Virus record (IMG/VR): IMGVR_UViG_3300032070_000010
Coordinates: 1 to 44,661 of that record
Source of the DNA: a virus
Lineage: Duplodnaviria; Caudoviricetes
DNA: 44,661 nucleotides
Reading direction: 5' to 3' (one strand)
The position numbers and the translations under genes were made by a program. This document shows, piece by piece, positions 9,627-18,271 of the stretch; the stretch's first letter is position 1; the number at the start of each line of letters is the position of its first letter. The notes below the pieces were generated by a model, which saw only the letters and a program-made list of their open reading frames with translations, did no database searches and was not told the origin of the DNA.

Positions 9627-10282
9627 TATCTTACCTCAATCGTATCATCTATTAATCCCGCTAAAACCTTATGCCCAATTTTTGATAAGTGTTGCCCGTC
9701 TGTGTGCAGCATCTCTGGGTAGTGTTTTGTCATGTTGTGTAATCTAACCCTATCACAATCGAATATGAAACATGCTCTACGCAAATAGTCATTATACTTT
9801 TCTATGTTATCATTTGCACCATAATTCCTTTTTACCACTTCATCTGATACATTAACAATGTCTATAATTATTGGTTTGGCATCAGACATTACTATATCGT
9901 GTAATATTTTTCGTATGTTGTAATTGAAATCGTTGCTTTCCGTTGTCACTCTTGGAAACATTCGTGTAAAGTAATATCGATAGTGTCTGTGAAAGTAAGT
10001 AACTATCTGTCTCAATTGAAATGGTAGATAGAATAATATGAGTTTCGTATTCTTTGCATAAACTCTCGGAAAACTATCGACAAGACCCAAATGCACGATA
10101 ACGTAATCCATCCCTGGTTCAATCTTATATTCATCGCTTGTTTTTTTACTGTATGCAGATGAACGGGTCACATCGTATTTCTTACTCAAAATGTATGGGT
10201 AAGTATCTTTGTATAATATTCCCTCATCCTTTCGATGAAGCGATAGAGAATCTCCAATTATTTGAATCCTGATTTTCTCCAT
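9626..10282 (-). CDS. SGNH/GDSL hydrolase (esterase or acyltransferase)
   Basis: IIGDSL, HLGLVDS and DGQHLSKIGH. Confidence 0.85.
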   Translation of the reverse strand: MEKIRIQIIGDSLSLHRKDEGILYKDTYPYILSKKYDVTRSSAYSKKTSDEYKIEPGMDYVIVHLGLVDSFPRVYAKNTKLILFYLPFQLRQIVTYFHRHYRYYFTRMFPRVTTESNDFNYNIRKILHDIVMSDAKPIIIDIVNVSDEVVKRNYGANDNIEKYNDYLRRACFIFDCDRVRLHNMTKHYPEMLHTDGQHLSKIGHKVLAGLIDDTIEVR

Positions 10283-11469
10283 TCAATTACCTTCCTTATT
10301 GTGTTTGCAGTTATTTCTGCACTGTTTCCAAAGTATGCTAATTTTTTATTTAGAAAATCTTTTCTATATTTTATAAATCGTTCTCTATATCGTTGTTTCA
10401 GTGATTCTTCTAATGCGATATTAAACATCTCTATGTCGTCTACACGAAATTCTATTTCACCATTAAATTGGTCGAAGAAATTTAAATATTCTGGATGAAC
10501 GATGATGATTGGAACTCCCGCAACTACCGCCTCAAATGATGTATATGATGCCATTGATACCTGAACGTCTGCAACTTTTAATAAATCAGACATTGATGCG
10601 GTTTGGGTAATACTATAATTTGCACCCATTTGACTTCCAAATATAACCATCGAATATGTTTTTATATCTTCTGATGGGTGAACCTTAATTATAAAATGAA
10701 TATCGGGATTTTGCGAAATAATACCCCACAACATCCCATACATTTCTCTTACTTGATTTCTTGTTAAAATTCCCATATCCATTAATTTATTATATGGTTG
10801 TGTGCAAATCAACACAACTGGTTCTTTAACATCAATCCTTACCTTTTGATTATAGAATTTGTCCAATAGCGGATTTCCCACTGAAAACGTATTTGATGTA
10901 TCTTTTATTTGATTTGAAAACTCCGCACTCCAAAATAAATTATAATTTGTTTTTCTTTCATTTCCATAGTATTGCTGTCGTCTGCCTATCGGTGTATGCA
11001 ATAATTTATTAAATAGTGAATATACCACTATTCTGGAAATCTTTTCTTTCCACGTTTCGGGTGCAACTTCCAAGAAACTCGGTTGCATGATAAAAAACGG
11101 TCTGTTATGTTTAACCGCCCATTCGTTGCATAATCTAGTGACTAGACCACCCATATCGGAGGTAGTTATAATTGCATCTGGATTTAAAAAATTCATTCTA
11201 TCATTGATGTGTCTCTTTAATATCTTTACAGACTTAACGGTTTTTAACACATTTCTTGATTTCATATTATCATATGCAGTTGTTACCAAATTCTTGTTTA
11301 TTCGCAATGTCATATCAAAATTATCTGGAACGGCAACCCCGTTGGGTTCTTCCTCATTTGTGTCGATGTAGAAGTTCACGCCAACTTTCTTTATTTCCTT
11401 TGCGATACTGGAGAGTATCGGTAACGATAAATAACGAGGAAGTCCGATATATGCGACTTTTATGGTTAT
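10258..11469 (-). CDS. GT-B glycosyltransferase-like protein (capsule synthesis / CDP-glycerol transferase-like)
   Basis: VGNPLLD, LICTQP, IIKVHPSE, LLKVADV..S..SYTSFEAVVAGVPII. The frame extends upstream of the track's GTG to IKVAYIG, so an ATA start is likely. Confidence 0.8.
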   Translation of the reverse strand: MTIKVAYIGLPRYLSLPILSSIAKEIKKVGVNFYIDTNEEEPNGVAVPDNFDMTLRINKNLVTTAYDNMKSRNVLKTVKSVKILKRHINDRMNFLNPDAIITTSDMGGLVTRLCNEWAVKHNRPFFIMQPSFLEVAPETWKEKISRIVVYSLFNKLLHTPIGRRQQYYGNERKTNYNLFWSAEFSNQIKDTSNTFSVGNPLLDKFYNQKVRIDVKEPVVLICTQPYNKLMDMGILTRNQVREMYGMLWGIISQNPDIHFIIKVHPSEDIKTYSMVIFGSQMGANYSITQTASMSDLLKVADVQVSMASYTSFEAVVAGVPIIIVHPEYLNFFDQFNGEIEFRVDDIEMFNIALEESLKQRYRERFIKYRKDFLNKKLAYFGNSAEITANTIRKVIEWRKSGFK

Positions 11470-11861
11470 GTTGAACCCTCCCCGTATTTCACTCGTTCCT
11501 CCAATCTTACTAGTTTTTTCCGTTTCGCCATCTCAACTAGGTCATCACCATATATCAATCGCATTTGTGCCATCATTATTTCAACATCTGCGATTTCTGA
11601 TACAACATCACCGATTGTTGAACCGTTGTGATTTCTTCCCCATTTTGCCAGTTTCACAATGAGTTCACTAAGTTCTTCTATCGCCATTCCGATTTGTGCT
11701 TGTTCACCCCAAAGATTCAAAGCACGTTGATATATTGATTTATTGCAAACACCAGTTCCTTCACACTCGTCACACACGTCATCTAATTCGTGTTCATGGT
11801 CACCATCTTGATATTTATAATATATGATTCCACTTCCATTGCATTTATTGCATTTTAACAT
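11466..11861 (-). CDS. MazG-like nucleotide pyrophosphohydrolase with an N-terminal DnaJ-type Zn finger
   Basis: CNKCNGSG and CDECEGTG; AIEELSELI...EIADVEIM...KL.RL. Confidence 0.85.
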   Translation of the reverse strand: MLKCNKCNGSGIIYYKYQDGDHEHELDDVCDECEGTGVCNKSIYQRALNLWGEQAQIGMAIEELSELIVKLAKWGRNHNGSTIGDVVSEIADVEIMMAQMRLIYGDDLVEMAKRKKLVRLEERVKYGEGST

Positions 11862-12004
11862 GATGCCCCTTCCTCTTTTTTCTCTATTTCACCCGTTCCA
11901 TTGCACTTGTCGCAGAACTCCCACATTGCATCCACGCCAGTTGAGGTTATCCATAGGATTCCACCCTCTCCATTGCATTTATCACATTTTTTACATTTGC
12001 TCAT
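11855..12004 (-). CDS. DnaJ-type Zn-finger micro-protein (49 aa, not in the track)
   Basis: MSKCKKCDKCNGEG...CDKCNGTG. Confidence 0.65.
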   Translation of the reverse strand: MSKCKKCDKCNGEGGILWITSTGVDAMWEFCDKCNGTGEIEKKEEGASC

Positions 12005-12225
12005 GTTCTCACACTCGCCCAGAAAACATCCTTCCCAATATACATATTTGCCTGTTCGTGAATTTCTAACAGTTTCTTACGGCATTTGTTACAAATATAA
12101 TGGGTTCTCGATTTGTCCTTTGAGTATGCAAGATTCTCAGAACTATACTCCTTTGGTTTTAGAGGTAAATCGCATACTTTACAGTTAATTTGTTCCATCG
12201 TAACCACATTTGCATTTTTCACCAA
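12001..12225 (-). CDS. Small Zn-finger protein
   Basis: CKVC...CNKC. Confidence 0.65.
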   Translation of the reverse strand: MVKNANVVTMEQINCKVCDLPLKPKEYSSENLAYSKDKSRTHYICNKCRKKLLEIHEQANMYIGKDVFWASVRT

Positions 12226-12245
12226 TTTTCACCCTATATCGCCTT

Positions 12246-12506
12246 TTACACTTCGGACACGTCACTTTCATTTGCTCTACACCATCCATACCATTTTTTC
12301 CGATGACCGCCCAATCGGGCTAGGATAAAGTGATATAAACACAGATAGGACCACCCGCCCACAATGTAGACTTCAGCGAATGGTTTACGATGACATTTTC
12401 CATTCCAATCGCAGTGGAACTGTGCATCAAATTTTTCCTTATCGAGTTTCTTCATAAGGTCATCTAGTTCTCTTTCTAATAATTCATTTGGGGGGTTTAA
12501 TGTCAT
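12246..12506 (-). CDS. Hypothetical Cys/His-containing protein
   Basis: 86-aa ORF in the operon. Confidence 0.65.
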   Translation of the reverse strand: MTLNPPNELLERELDDLMKKLDKEKFDAQFHCDWNGKCHRKPFAEVYIVGGWSYLCLYHFILARLGGHRKKWYGWCRANESDVSEV

Positions 12507-12507
12507 T

Positions 12508-12753
12508 TTATTCCTTCCAACACAATCTACTCGTGCAGACCACGATTGCCCCAGAAATTGCCACGAGAAACCCCAGAATAAGCGATTCTACGCACTCGAG
12601 AACCGAAGCAACGGTAATTGCTGCACCAAACGTAAAAACGGCACATCCGACAAGAATTTGCAACATATCCCGTTTACGCAGAAATTGAACCTTTCGGTCT
12701 TTCTCCCGCTTGAAGTCATCCCCATTTATCCATCCTAAGTTTCCCATGTTCAC
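12508..12753 (-). CDS. Small membrane protein (2 TM)
   Basis: Two hydrophobic segments; GGCGGTGAACATG start context. Confidence 0.6.
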   Translation of the reverse strand: MNMGNLGWINGDDFKREKDRKVQFLRKRDMLQILVGCAVFTFGAAITVASVLECVESLILGFLVAISGAIVVCTSRLCWKE

Positions 12754-12929
12754 CGCCCCAATAGATAAGCAATCTCGTATAGTTTATAGCATATGATTGC
12801 CAGTAGAGCAATCTTGAATAGTTCGCCTAAGTTCACCGTGATTTTCATCATGTTCACGCTATCCTCAATAACATCATAATTACACCCCTTTATATCCCCT
12901 CGCATAACGATTGTTAACTACATAGCAAT

Positions 12930-12955
12930 CCCTCCCCTTATATAAACCCTTGCTA
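12930..12955 (-). promoter_or_regulatory. Archaeal-type TATA promoter for the leftward operon
   Basis: Minus strand reads GCAAGGGTTTATATAAGGGG (TTTATATA box), upstream of a long co-oriented gene run. Confidence 0.55.
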
Positions 12956-12959
12956 TACT

Positions 12960-13985
12960 TCGGTGAACGTGGCGGTGAACGGCAAAAAACCGCCATATAT
13001 ATAATATTAGAGAAATCCGCAAAAATCCGCAGAAAAGCCGAAAATAAAAAGAATTAGACCAGAAATAATTAAGTTCCAGTGGAAATATAGGTCATTAACG
13101 ATTGTTAATAATTGGTCTGTTTTTGACCCCCTTTTTGACTTTGGGCGGTTTGGGTGTTCACGGTAAAATAGCAAGACCCTGTCCGAGCAAAAAACCAGGT
13201 TCAACAGTGTTGTGCTATGGTTTTATGGACAGGGTAATTTCTACTTGTTGATTTAAAAATGGTGATTATACTAAACATAGATAAAATACTATGTCCAGAA
13301 TGCACCACTTTTAACAGGTTACTCCGAGAGAGTGCGTGGACAGGGTAAGATTGTGGTCATTTTACCTGCACATATATACAAATATATATATATTTATATA
13401 TCTTTGACTGTCGTAAATTGCCTGAATTAACACTCGTTAATTTTAAATTAAATAAATTAAATCTAATTCTTTGTAAATTAATTCTCTCCGAGAAGCGAAA
13501 ATTAAATAAATTAATATTATATGATGTTTCATATAAAAATCAGTATTGCAACAAATTCAGGTGTGCTATCGTTGCGGGGTAGCACGACCTCCAGAATTAG
13601 ACCCCAGGATGTAAGTCACTACCCCTCGATTTTTATTTTTTCTGCGGGATTTTAATGGGGGTATATATACTTATCGCAACACTTATATAGTATATGATTT
13701 AAAAGTATATAAAGTATATCATAAATCGAAAGGTTTATATACCCCAGATTTCCTGGATTTGCCTGAATTAACAATAGTTAATTTATATATATAAATGTAA
13801 GTCTTTAAGATAAAAGATATATAATTATATATATAAAATAGTGTTAACCGTGCTATTCCTCCGAGGGGGAGATATATGATTATATATATAAAAGTTGAAA
13901 TTGCCACTTTAAACGGTTAACATGTATCGTGCTACGAAACATAAAAAACGTGCTACGGTTAACTATCAGTAAACATAAAAAGAAA
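12960..13985. other. Large non-coding region with many paired repeats and AT-rich tracts (candidate origin or genome-end region)
   Basis: No credible ORF. Repeats AAATCCGC x2, GGACAGGGTAA x2, TTGCCTGAATTAACA x2, AAATTAAATAAATTAA x2 and several GTGCTA. Confidence 0.5.
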
Positions 13986-13997
13986 AAATAAGGTTAA

Positions 13998-14240
13998 TTA
14001 AACACTATATACCCTTACTCTTACTCCGTATTTATTATTACTATCCGATGCGATATAGTAATTTAAACCTTCTTTATCGCATATCGTCACTATATCCCTT
14101 AATATGGGAGTAGTTAGTAATTCACTGGTTACTATTATTTCGTTTCCATCTGGGTCGATTTTAGTGTTAACTCCCAGGCTCAACCGTGTTATTTCATGTC
14201 TTAATTTTCTTAATACCCGTTTTTGTTGGTTAACTAACAT
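13998..14240 (-). CDS. Hypothetical early protein (80 aa)
   Basis: ATG at 14240 with a GGAGTG RBS and an upstream duplicated promoter. Confidence 0.75.
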   Translation of the reverse strand: MLVNQQKRVLRKLRHEITRLSLGVNTKIDPDGNEIIVTSELLTTPILRDIVTICDKEGLNYYIASDSNNKYGVRVRVYSV

Positions 14241-14302
14241 ATTTTTACACACTCCTTATTATATATTATATCGCTTCTTACTTATATGCTTATGGTGTAA
14301 TT
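14238..14302 (-). promoter_or_regulatory. Duplicated promoter-RBS-ATG module, copy 1
   Basis: AATTACACCATAAGCATATAAGTAAGAAGCGATATAAT...AAGGAGTGTGTAAAAATATG, nearly identical to 15580-15644. Confidence 0.75.
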
Positions 14303-14385
14303 CTTACACTTTGGTTAACTATCGGTGAACACTGGTTTTAAAGCGATTTAAAGCGTTATTCCCGTTTGGGCTACATTGCCCCGTT

Positions 14386-15123
14386 TTAACCTTTTAAATC
14401 GTTTGGCGGGGCTGAATTAAAGGTTCTTACGTCAATATTTAATAAGTCTATAGTATCGTTATTGATAAACTTATAGTTATTGAATTTTTCCCCGTTTATG
14501 TCTTTAAGATAATAAGCATAATCAAAATTACTCTTATCCCTGGAGTATTCCATATTTTCTTTAATATATACCCATATACACGCCTGGCACTCACTAGGTT
14601 TTATATTTAAATCCCTTGAAATATGGTTTATTATTGTTGTAATATGTCTTATGTCTGTTATTGTTGGCACTCGCTTTTTATTGTTGGTGAAAAACTTAAT
14701 CATATGAGTATCTATAACTACTTGTGATAAATCGCCCCGTAACGCTAGGGTAAAAGGTTTAATCTTATTAACATGTGGTAATTTACCCGATAATATACGC
14801 TTTATGTTACCTTGAATAGATTTATTCGCTATTCCATAATTTAACTCGTAAGGGGAGTTATTATTAATTATAGACTGATAAGACATTAATGCAAAGTCTA
14901 TATTTGATTTAAGGTTATTTTGTTGACTGGTAACACTGATTAGTTTTAACATTAAATCGTAATTATACGGGAATTTATCCTTAATCATATTAAGGGAATT
15001 TTTATACCAGTCTTTATATTTGATATATTTTAAAACTATTTCTTTTAATTCTTTATTTGTTGGTATATTATTATCTTTCCTATATTGTGTTAGTGTTACC
15101 CTTGAATTTAATCTTTTTATCAT
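14386..15123 (-). CDS. Phage protein with an HhH-GPD / DNA glycosylase-like signature
   Basis: DWY, SVTSQQ, KIKPF..AL.GD..QVVIDTHM and P..CQACIW. Start moved to the ATG at 15123. Confidence 0.55.
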   Translation of the reverse strand: MIKRLNSRVTLTQYRKDNNIPTNKELKEIVLKYIKYKDWYKNSLNMIKDKFPYNYDLMLKLISVTSQQNNLKSNIDFALMSYQSIINNNSPYELNYGIANKSIQGNIKRILSGKLPHVNKIKPFTLALRGDLSQVVIDTHMIKFFTNNKKRVPTITDIRHITTIINHISRDLNIKPSECQACIWVYIKENMEYSRDKSNFDYAYYLKDINGEKFNNYKFINNDTIDLLNIDVRTFNSAPPNDLKG

Positions 15124-15127
15124 TTTA

Positions 15128-15582
15128 TCACTTATCCTTTTTACCCGATAAATTATTAATATAATCGTCAATTAAGAATAGTTTTTTTTCTTTATTATAC
15201 TTCTTATTTAATTCGTATATTTCTAAATAATCTTTTTTACTTAACTTCATATTTTCACTCCTTTTTATATCCACATAATTATTTCTATTTCATCGGGCAC
15301 TTTTTTATAGTTTTTCTTTTTGATTATGGTTAACTCCTGGTTTAACTTCATTTAATCACTCCTTACCAGTTAACTGGTGAATACGGTTAGTGACTATTAC
15401 CAGTTTTTCAATAAAGATAAAATCGTTTATCTGTGATTCGTCAATAACTCCAATAACTAACATTTTTATAGCCTCCCTGAATTTTCGAGTATTACTAATA
15501 GGTTAAAGAGTATATCGGTATTTTTTAAATTACCAGATTCGTATTTTTCGTTTGTTTCGTTTATTAAATCTTTAATTTTCAT
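15128..15582 (-). CDS. Run of four micro-ORFs: 15466-15582 (38 aa), 15356-15463 (35 aa), 15265-15351 (28 aa) and 15128-15250 (40 aa)
   Basis: Manual translation. Each has an ATG with GGAGTG or GGAGG upstream, and they tile the gap head to tail. Confidence 0.6.
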
Positions 15583-15644
15583 ATTTTTACACACTCCTTA
15601 TATTCTATTATATCGTTTCTACCTTATATACTTATGGTGTAATT
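15580..15644 (-). promoter_or_regulatory. Duplicated promoter-RBS-ATG module, copy 2
   Basis: AATTACACCATAAGTATATAAGGTAGAAACGATATAAT...AAGGAGTGTGTAAAAATATG. Confidence 0.75.
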
Positions 15645-16028
15645 TTAACATTTTGATAGTATTATCTCTTTATTTTCTAATAAATCGTATATTGAATATT
15701 GCCCGTAAAATTTACCAGTGTTAATAGATTTTTGTTTTTCTGATAAGATTAAAATTAACTCGATAATAAATAGTTCTTTATCTTTATCGTAATAGCCCCC
15801 GATATAATTATTAAACGGGAGTAACTTAAAATTTTCGTGATAGTAAATAACCTTATTTTGATATCTTTCAATTAAAGGTTTTTTTACTCCCATACAATAA
15901 CGCTTTTTATTACTAGGTTTTACTTTGTTTATTCTATTATACTTAAAGCATATTGTAAAACCTTTATAGTTATTATAAGCATATCTTTCAAGTCTATTAA
16001 TTATATTGTTTATCTCTGTTAACTCCAT
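15645..16028 (-). CDS. Early protein, possibly SAM-lyase-like fold
   Basis: GFT...IGGYYD...IEL...G..YGQYSIYDL pattern; GGAGTG RBS before the ATG at 16028. Confidence 0.45.
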   Translation of the reverse strand: MELTEINNIINRLERYAYNNYKGFTICFKYNRINKVKPSNKKRYCMGVKKPLIERYQNKVIYYHENFKLLPFNNYIGGYYDKDKELFIIELILILSEKQKSINTGKFYGQYSIYDLLENKEIILSKC

Positions 16029-16068
16029 ATTTAACACTCCTTTATTAAAGATTAAAGAATAAGTATAA

Positions 16069-16176
16069 TTAATTAAAAAAACCTATATGTTCTTTTAACC
16101 AGTTATACTTATTTTGTCTTTTACGTTTCAACCATCGATAAACGCTTTTTTTCGTTTGGTTAGTTTTACTTATCAT
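16069..16176 (-). CDS. Basic micro-protein (35 aa), first leftward gene
   Basis: MISKTNQTKKSVYRWLKRKRQ..., preceded by a partial third copy of the early promoter (about 16196-16230). Confidence 0.45.
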   Translation of the reverse strand: MISKTNQTKKSVYRWLKRKRQNKYNWLKEHIGFFN

Positions 16177-16741
16177 TTTATCACATATCCTTTTTTCTTA
16201 TACTCTATTATATCGTTTCTAGTATTTATAATTTTTGAGATAGAATAACACTTTGATATAATATCACTATTCGACCCGTTTATTTTTATTTGATTTTAGC
16301 ATATTAATTAATACGGTCCATAAATCGATTTAAATTTTTAGCATATAGTAACACGTTTTAAAAAAGATAATCGATTTTGACATACTAGCACTTTGACATA
16401 ATTACACGAAATGTTTAAATAACAGAATGACTAAATACCATATAGTGATAATAATGAAGTGTAATAATTGGAGTAATATAATCAAAAAGGTAAAATACCA
16501 TAAACCATGTAGTTACAAATACGAATAATAGAGAAATGATAATATGTCAAAAGACTATAATATCAAAATGGTAGAACACCAAAACGGTGAACAACCGAAA
16601 CGGTCAATCGGCAACACACGGACAAACGGACAAACCGACAAAACGGACAAAATTGACGGACAAAAAAGATATATAAATATATATGAATCGGCAAAAGTAA
16701 TATAAAGGTGGACCGACAAATAGATAGGTAAGGTGAAAAAA
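16177..16741. promoter_or_regulatory. Divergent control region with operator-like and tandem repeats
   Basis: Coding strand switches here. TTTGAYATA x4, CGGACAAA-type tandem repeats, a rightward AAAAGTAATATAAAG box and an AGGTGA RBS. Confidence 0.65.
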
Positions 16742-17161
16742 ATGAAATATAGATTTGGACCAGATGATTTAAAAAATAAGAAAGTCACACATAAAAATAT
16801 GAAGGTAATATTTAGATTAAAGTGCAATATGAGTAATCATACATTGGGGCATCATATCGCAAAGTGGGTATATCTCGATGATGATAAAACAGAAGCGAAA
16901 ATTACGACAAACTATATCACGGTGTTTTTACCCAAGTTGTGGAGACAATATGTGTGTTATAATGAAAAAAATTACTCATTTGATGAAATATTCTCAGAGG
17001 TTGTATCACACGAATTGCTGCATGAAGTATTGTTTCGTATAGATGGCGTTAAAGCGTGTGGAGGATTAGACAAATTAAACGGACAAAAGTATCTGTTTCG
17101 TGATGCCGAGAAAATCGGGGCAGGTATTCCGTTGAATAGAAATAACAAATCGGAGGAATAA
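16742..17161 (+). CDS. Small HExxH (zincin-like) protein
   Basis: SHELLHEVL; ATG at 16742 after AGGTGA. Confidence 0.7.
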   Translation: MKYRFGPDDLKNKKVTHKNMKVIFRLKCNMSNHTLGHHIAKWVYLDDDKTEAKITTNYITVFLPKLWRQYVCYNEKNYSFDEIFSEVVSHELLHEVLFRIDGVKACGGLDKLNGQKYLFRDAEKIGAGIPLNRNNKSEE

Positions 17162-17164
17162 AAA

Positions 17165-17365
17165 ATGCCAACAATAAGAGAATATCTGACGGACCTAGCA
17201 AATAGGAATACGTCAACAGAGGCAGATGATATGTTTATGAGCAATATCCTGACAAAACTCGGGATTGACGGGCGTTGCACCTGCGGAATTGTATATATTA
17301 AGCCGTATAATACCGCACCGACAGATATACACACGTTTGCAAAAGCAATATTAAAAATGGAGTAG
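17165..17365 (+). CDS. Hypothetical protein
   Basis: 66 aa, GGAGG RBS. Confidence 0.7.
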   Translation: MPTIREYLTDLANRNTSTEADDMFMSNILTKLGIDGRCTCGIVYIKPYNTAPTDIHTFAKAILKME

Positions 17366-17374
17366 TGAAATAAA

Positions 17375-17572
17375 ATGGATGAAGTAGAACTAATAATTGC
17401 ATTCGAAAGTGGAGATATAACCGCCAAACAAGTTTTGGAGTTATTCTCGATGCTGATAAAAAACGGACACGCTTGGACTTTGCAGGGAAGTTACGGAAGA
17501 ATGGCGACAAAATTAATTAAATCGGGCTACCTATCGGACCACGGAGATATTTTAAAAGAACCGGAGGCGTGA
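17375..17572 (+). CDS. Conserved small phage protein
   Basis: LF..LIKNGHAWTLQGSYGR.A..LI..G motif, familiar from phage early regions. Confidence 0.7.
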   Translation: MDEVELIIAFESGDITAKQVLELFSMLIKNGHAWTLQGSYGRMATKLIKSGYLSDHGDILKEPEA

Positions 17573-17576
17573 ACAA

Positions 17577-17741
17577 ATGAAACTATTTGTAATAACCATA
17601 TCAAAGTTCGTTGGAACTTTCATAAACCAAAATATCATAGAATTACAGGCAGAAAAAATGACGGACCTATTACCGAGTCTAGCATACTACAAACAAATAG
17701 ACTCATATACGAAAATACAGATTGAAATTGAGGAAGCGTGA
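17577..17741 (+). CDS. Micro-protein (54 aa, not in the track)
   Basis: MKLFVITISK...IEEA*, bounded by two repeated junction motifs. Confidence 0.65.
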   Translation: MKLFVITISKFVGTFINQNIIELQAEKMTDLLPSLAYYKQIDSYTKIQIEIEEA

Positions 17742-17746
17742 ACAAA

Positions 17747-18145
17747 ATGCGTGAACTAAAGAAAGAATTTAACCTGCACATAACGAAAGAGCCGATGATA
17801 AAACAGTATCACGGGGTGTTGCTAATGAAGTATAAATCAAACGGAGTAAAGCCCCACGGTATCTCAATGAAGCGACAGGCAGAAGCCCAGATGGAATACC
17901 ATTGCTCGAGGGAAACCTGCGGTGGTTTTATCTTGGACAATACGGGAGACATGAAATTAAATAAGTGGGCGTTAACGTGCAGAAATTATAAAATGTATGG
18001 GCATAAATCACCCATTGGTAGCGTCATTGGTATACTATCCCACGAATTTATGCACTACCTATTAACGGATATTCCACAGGCAAATGACGAGTGGGATAAC
18101 ATAGCACACGAATTAGAAACAGATGGATACTTAGGAAGTGGTTAA
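17747..18145 (+). CDS. Small HExxH (zincin-like) protein
   Basis: SHEFMHYLL...WDNIA. Confidence 0.7.
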   Translation: MRELKKEFNLHITKEPMIKQYHGVLLMKYKSNGVKPHGISMKRQAEAQMEYHCSRETCGGFILDNTGDMKLNKWALTCRNYKMYGHKSPIGSVIGILSHEFMHYLLTDIPQANDEWDNIAHELETDGYLGSG

Positions 18146-18146
18146 A

Positions 18147-18269
18147 ATGAACGCAGAACAAAAAGCAAAGTATAAAATTGAAATGAGCAATATCCTCGCA
18201 TGGGGCGGAACGAAAGAAGAACAGTTGAGTGCATTTATTCAACTGGTTGAAGAAATATTGGAGGCGTGA
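18147..18269 (+). CDS. Micro-protein (40 aa, not in the track)
   Basis: MNAEQKAKY...ILEA*; fills the gap between neighbours. Confidence 0.6.
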   Translation: MNAEQKAKYKIEMSNILAWGGTKEEQLSAFIQLVEEILEA

Positions 18270-18271
18270 AC

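Noticed and set aside
13007-13907. Short minus-strand ORFs 13007-13204 and 13719-13907
   Set aside because: No RBS, TTG/GTG starts, and low-complexity translations of repeat or AT-rich DNA.
16555-16827. 90-aa minus-strand hydrophobic ORF
   Set aside because: It is antisense to the A-rich control region and overlaps the first rightward gene.
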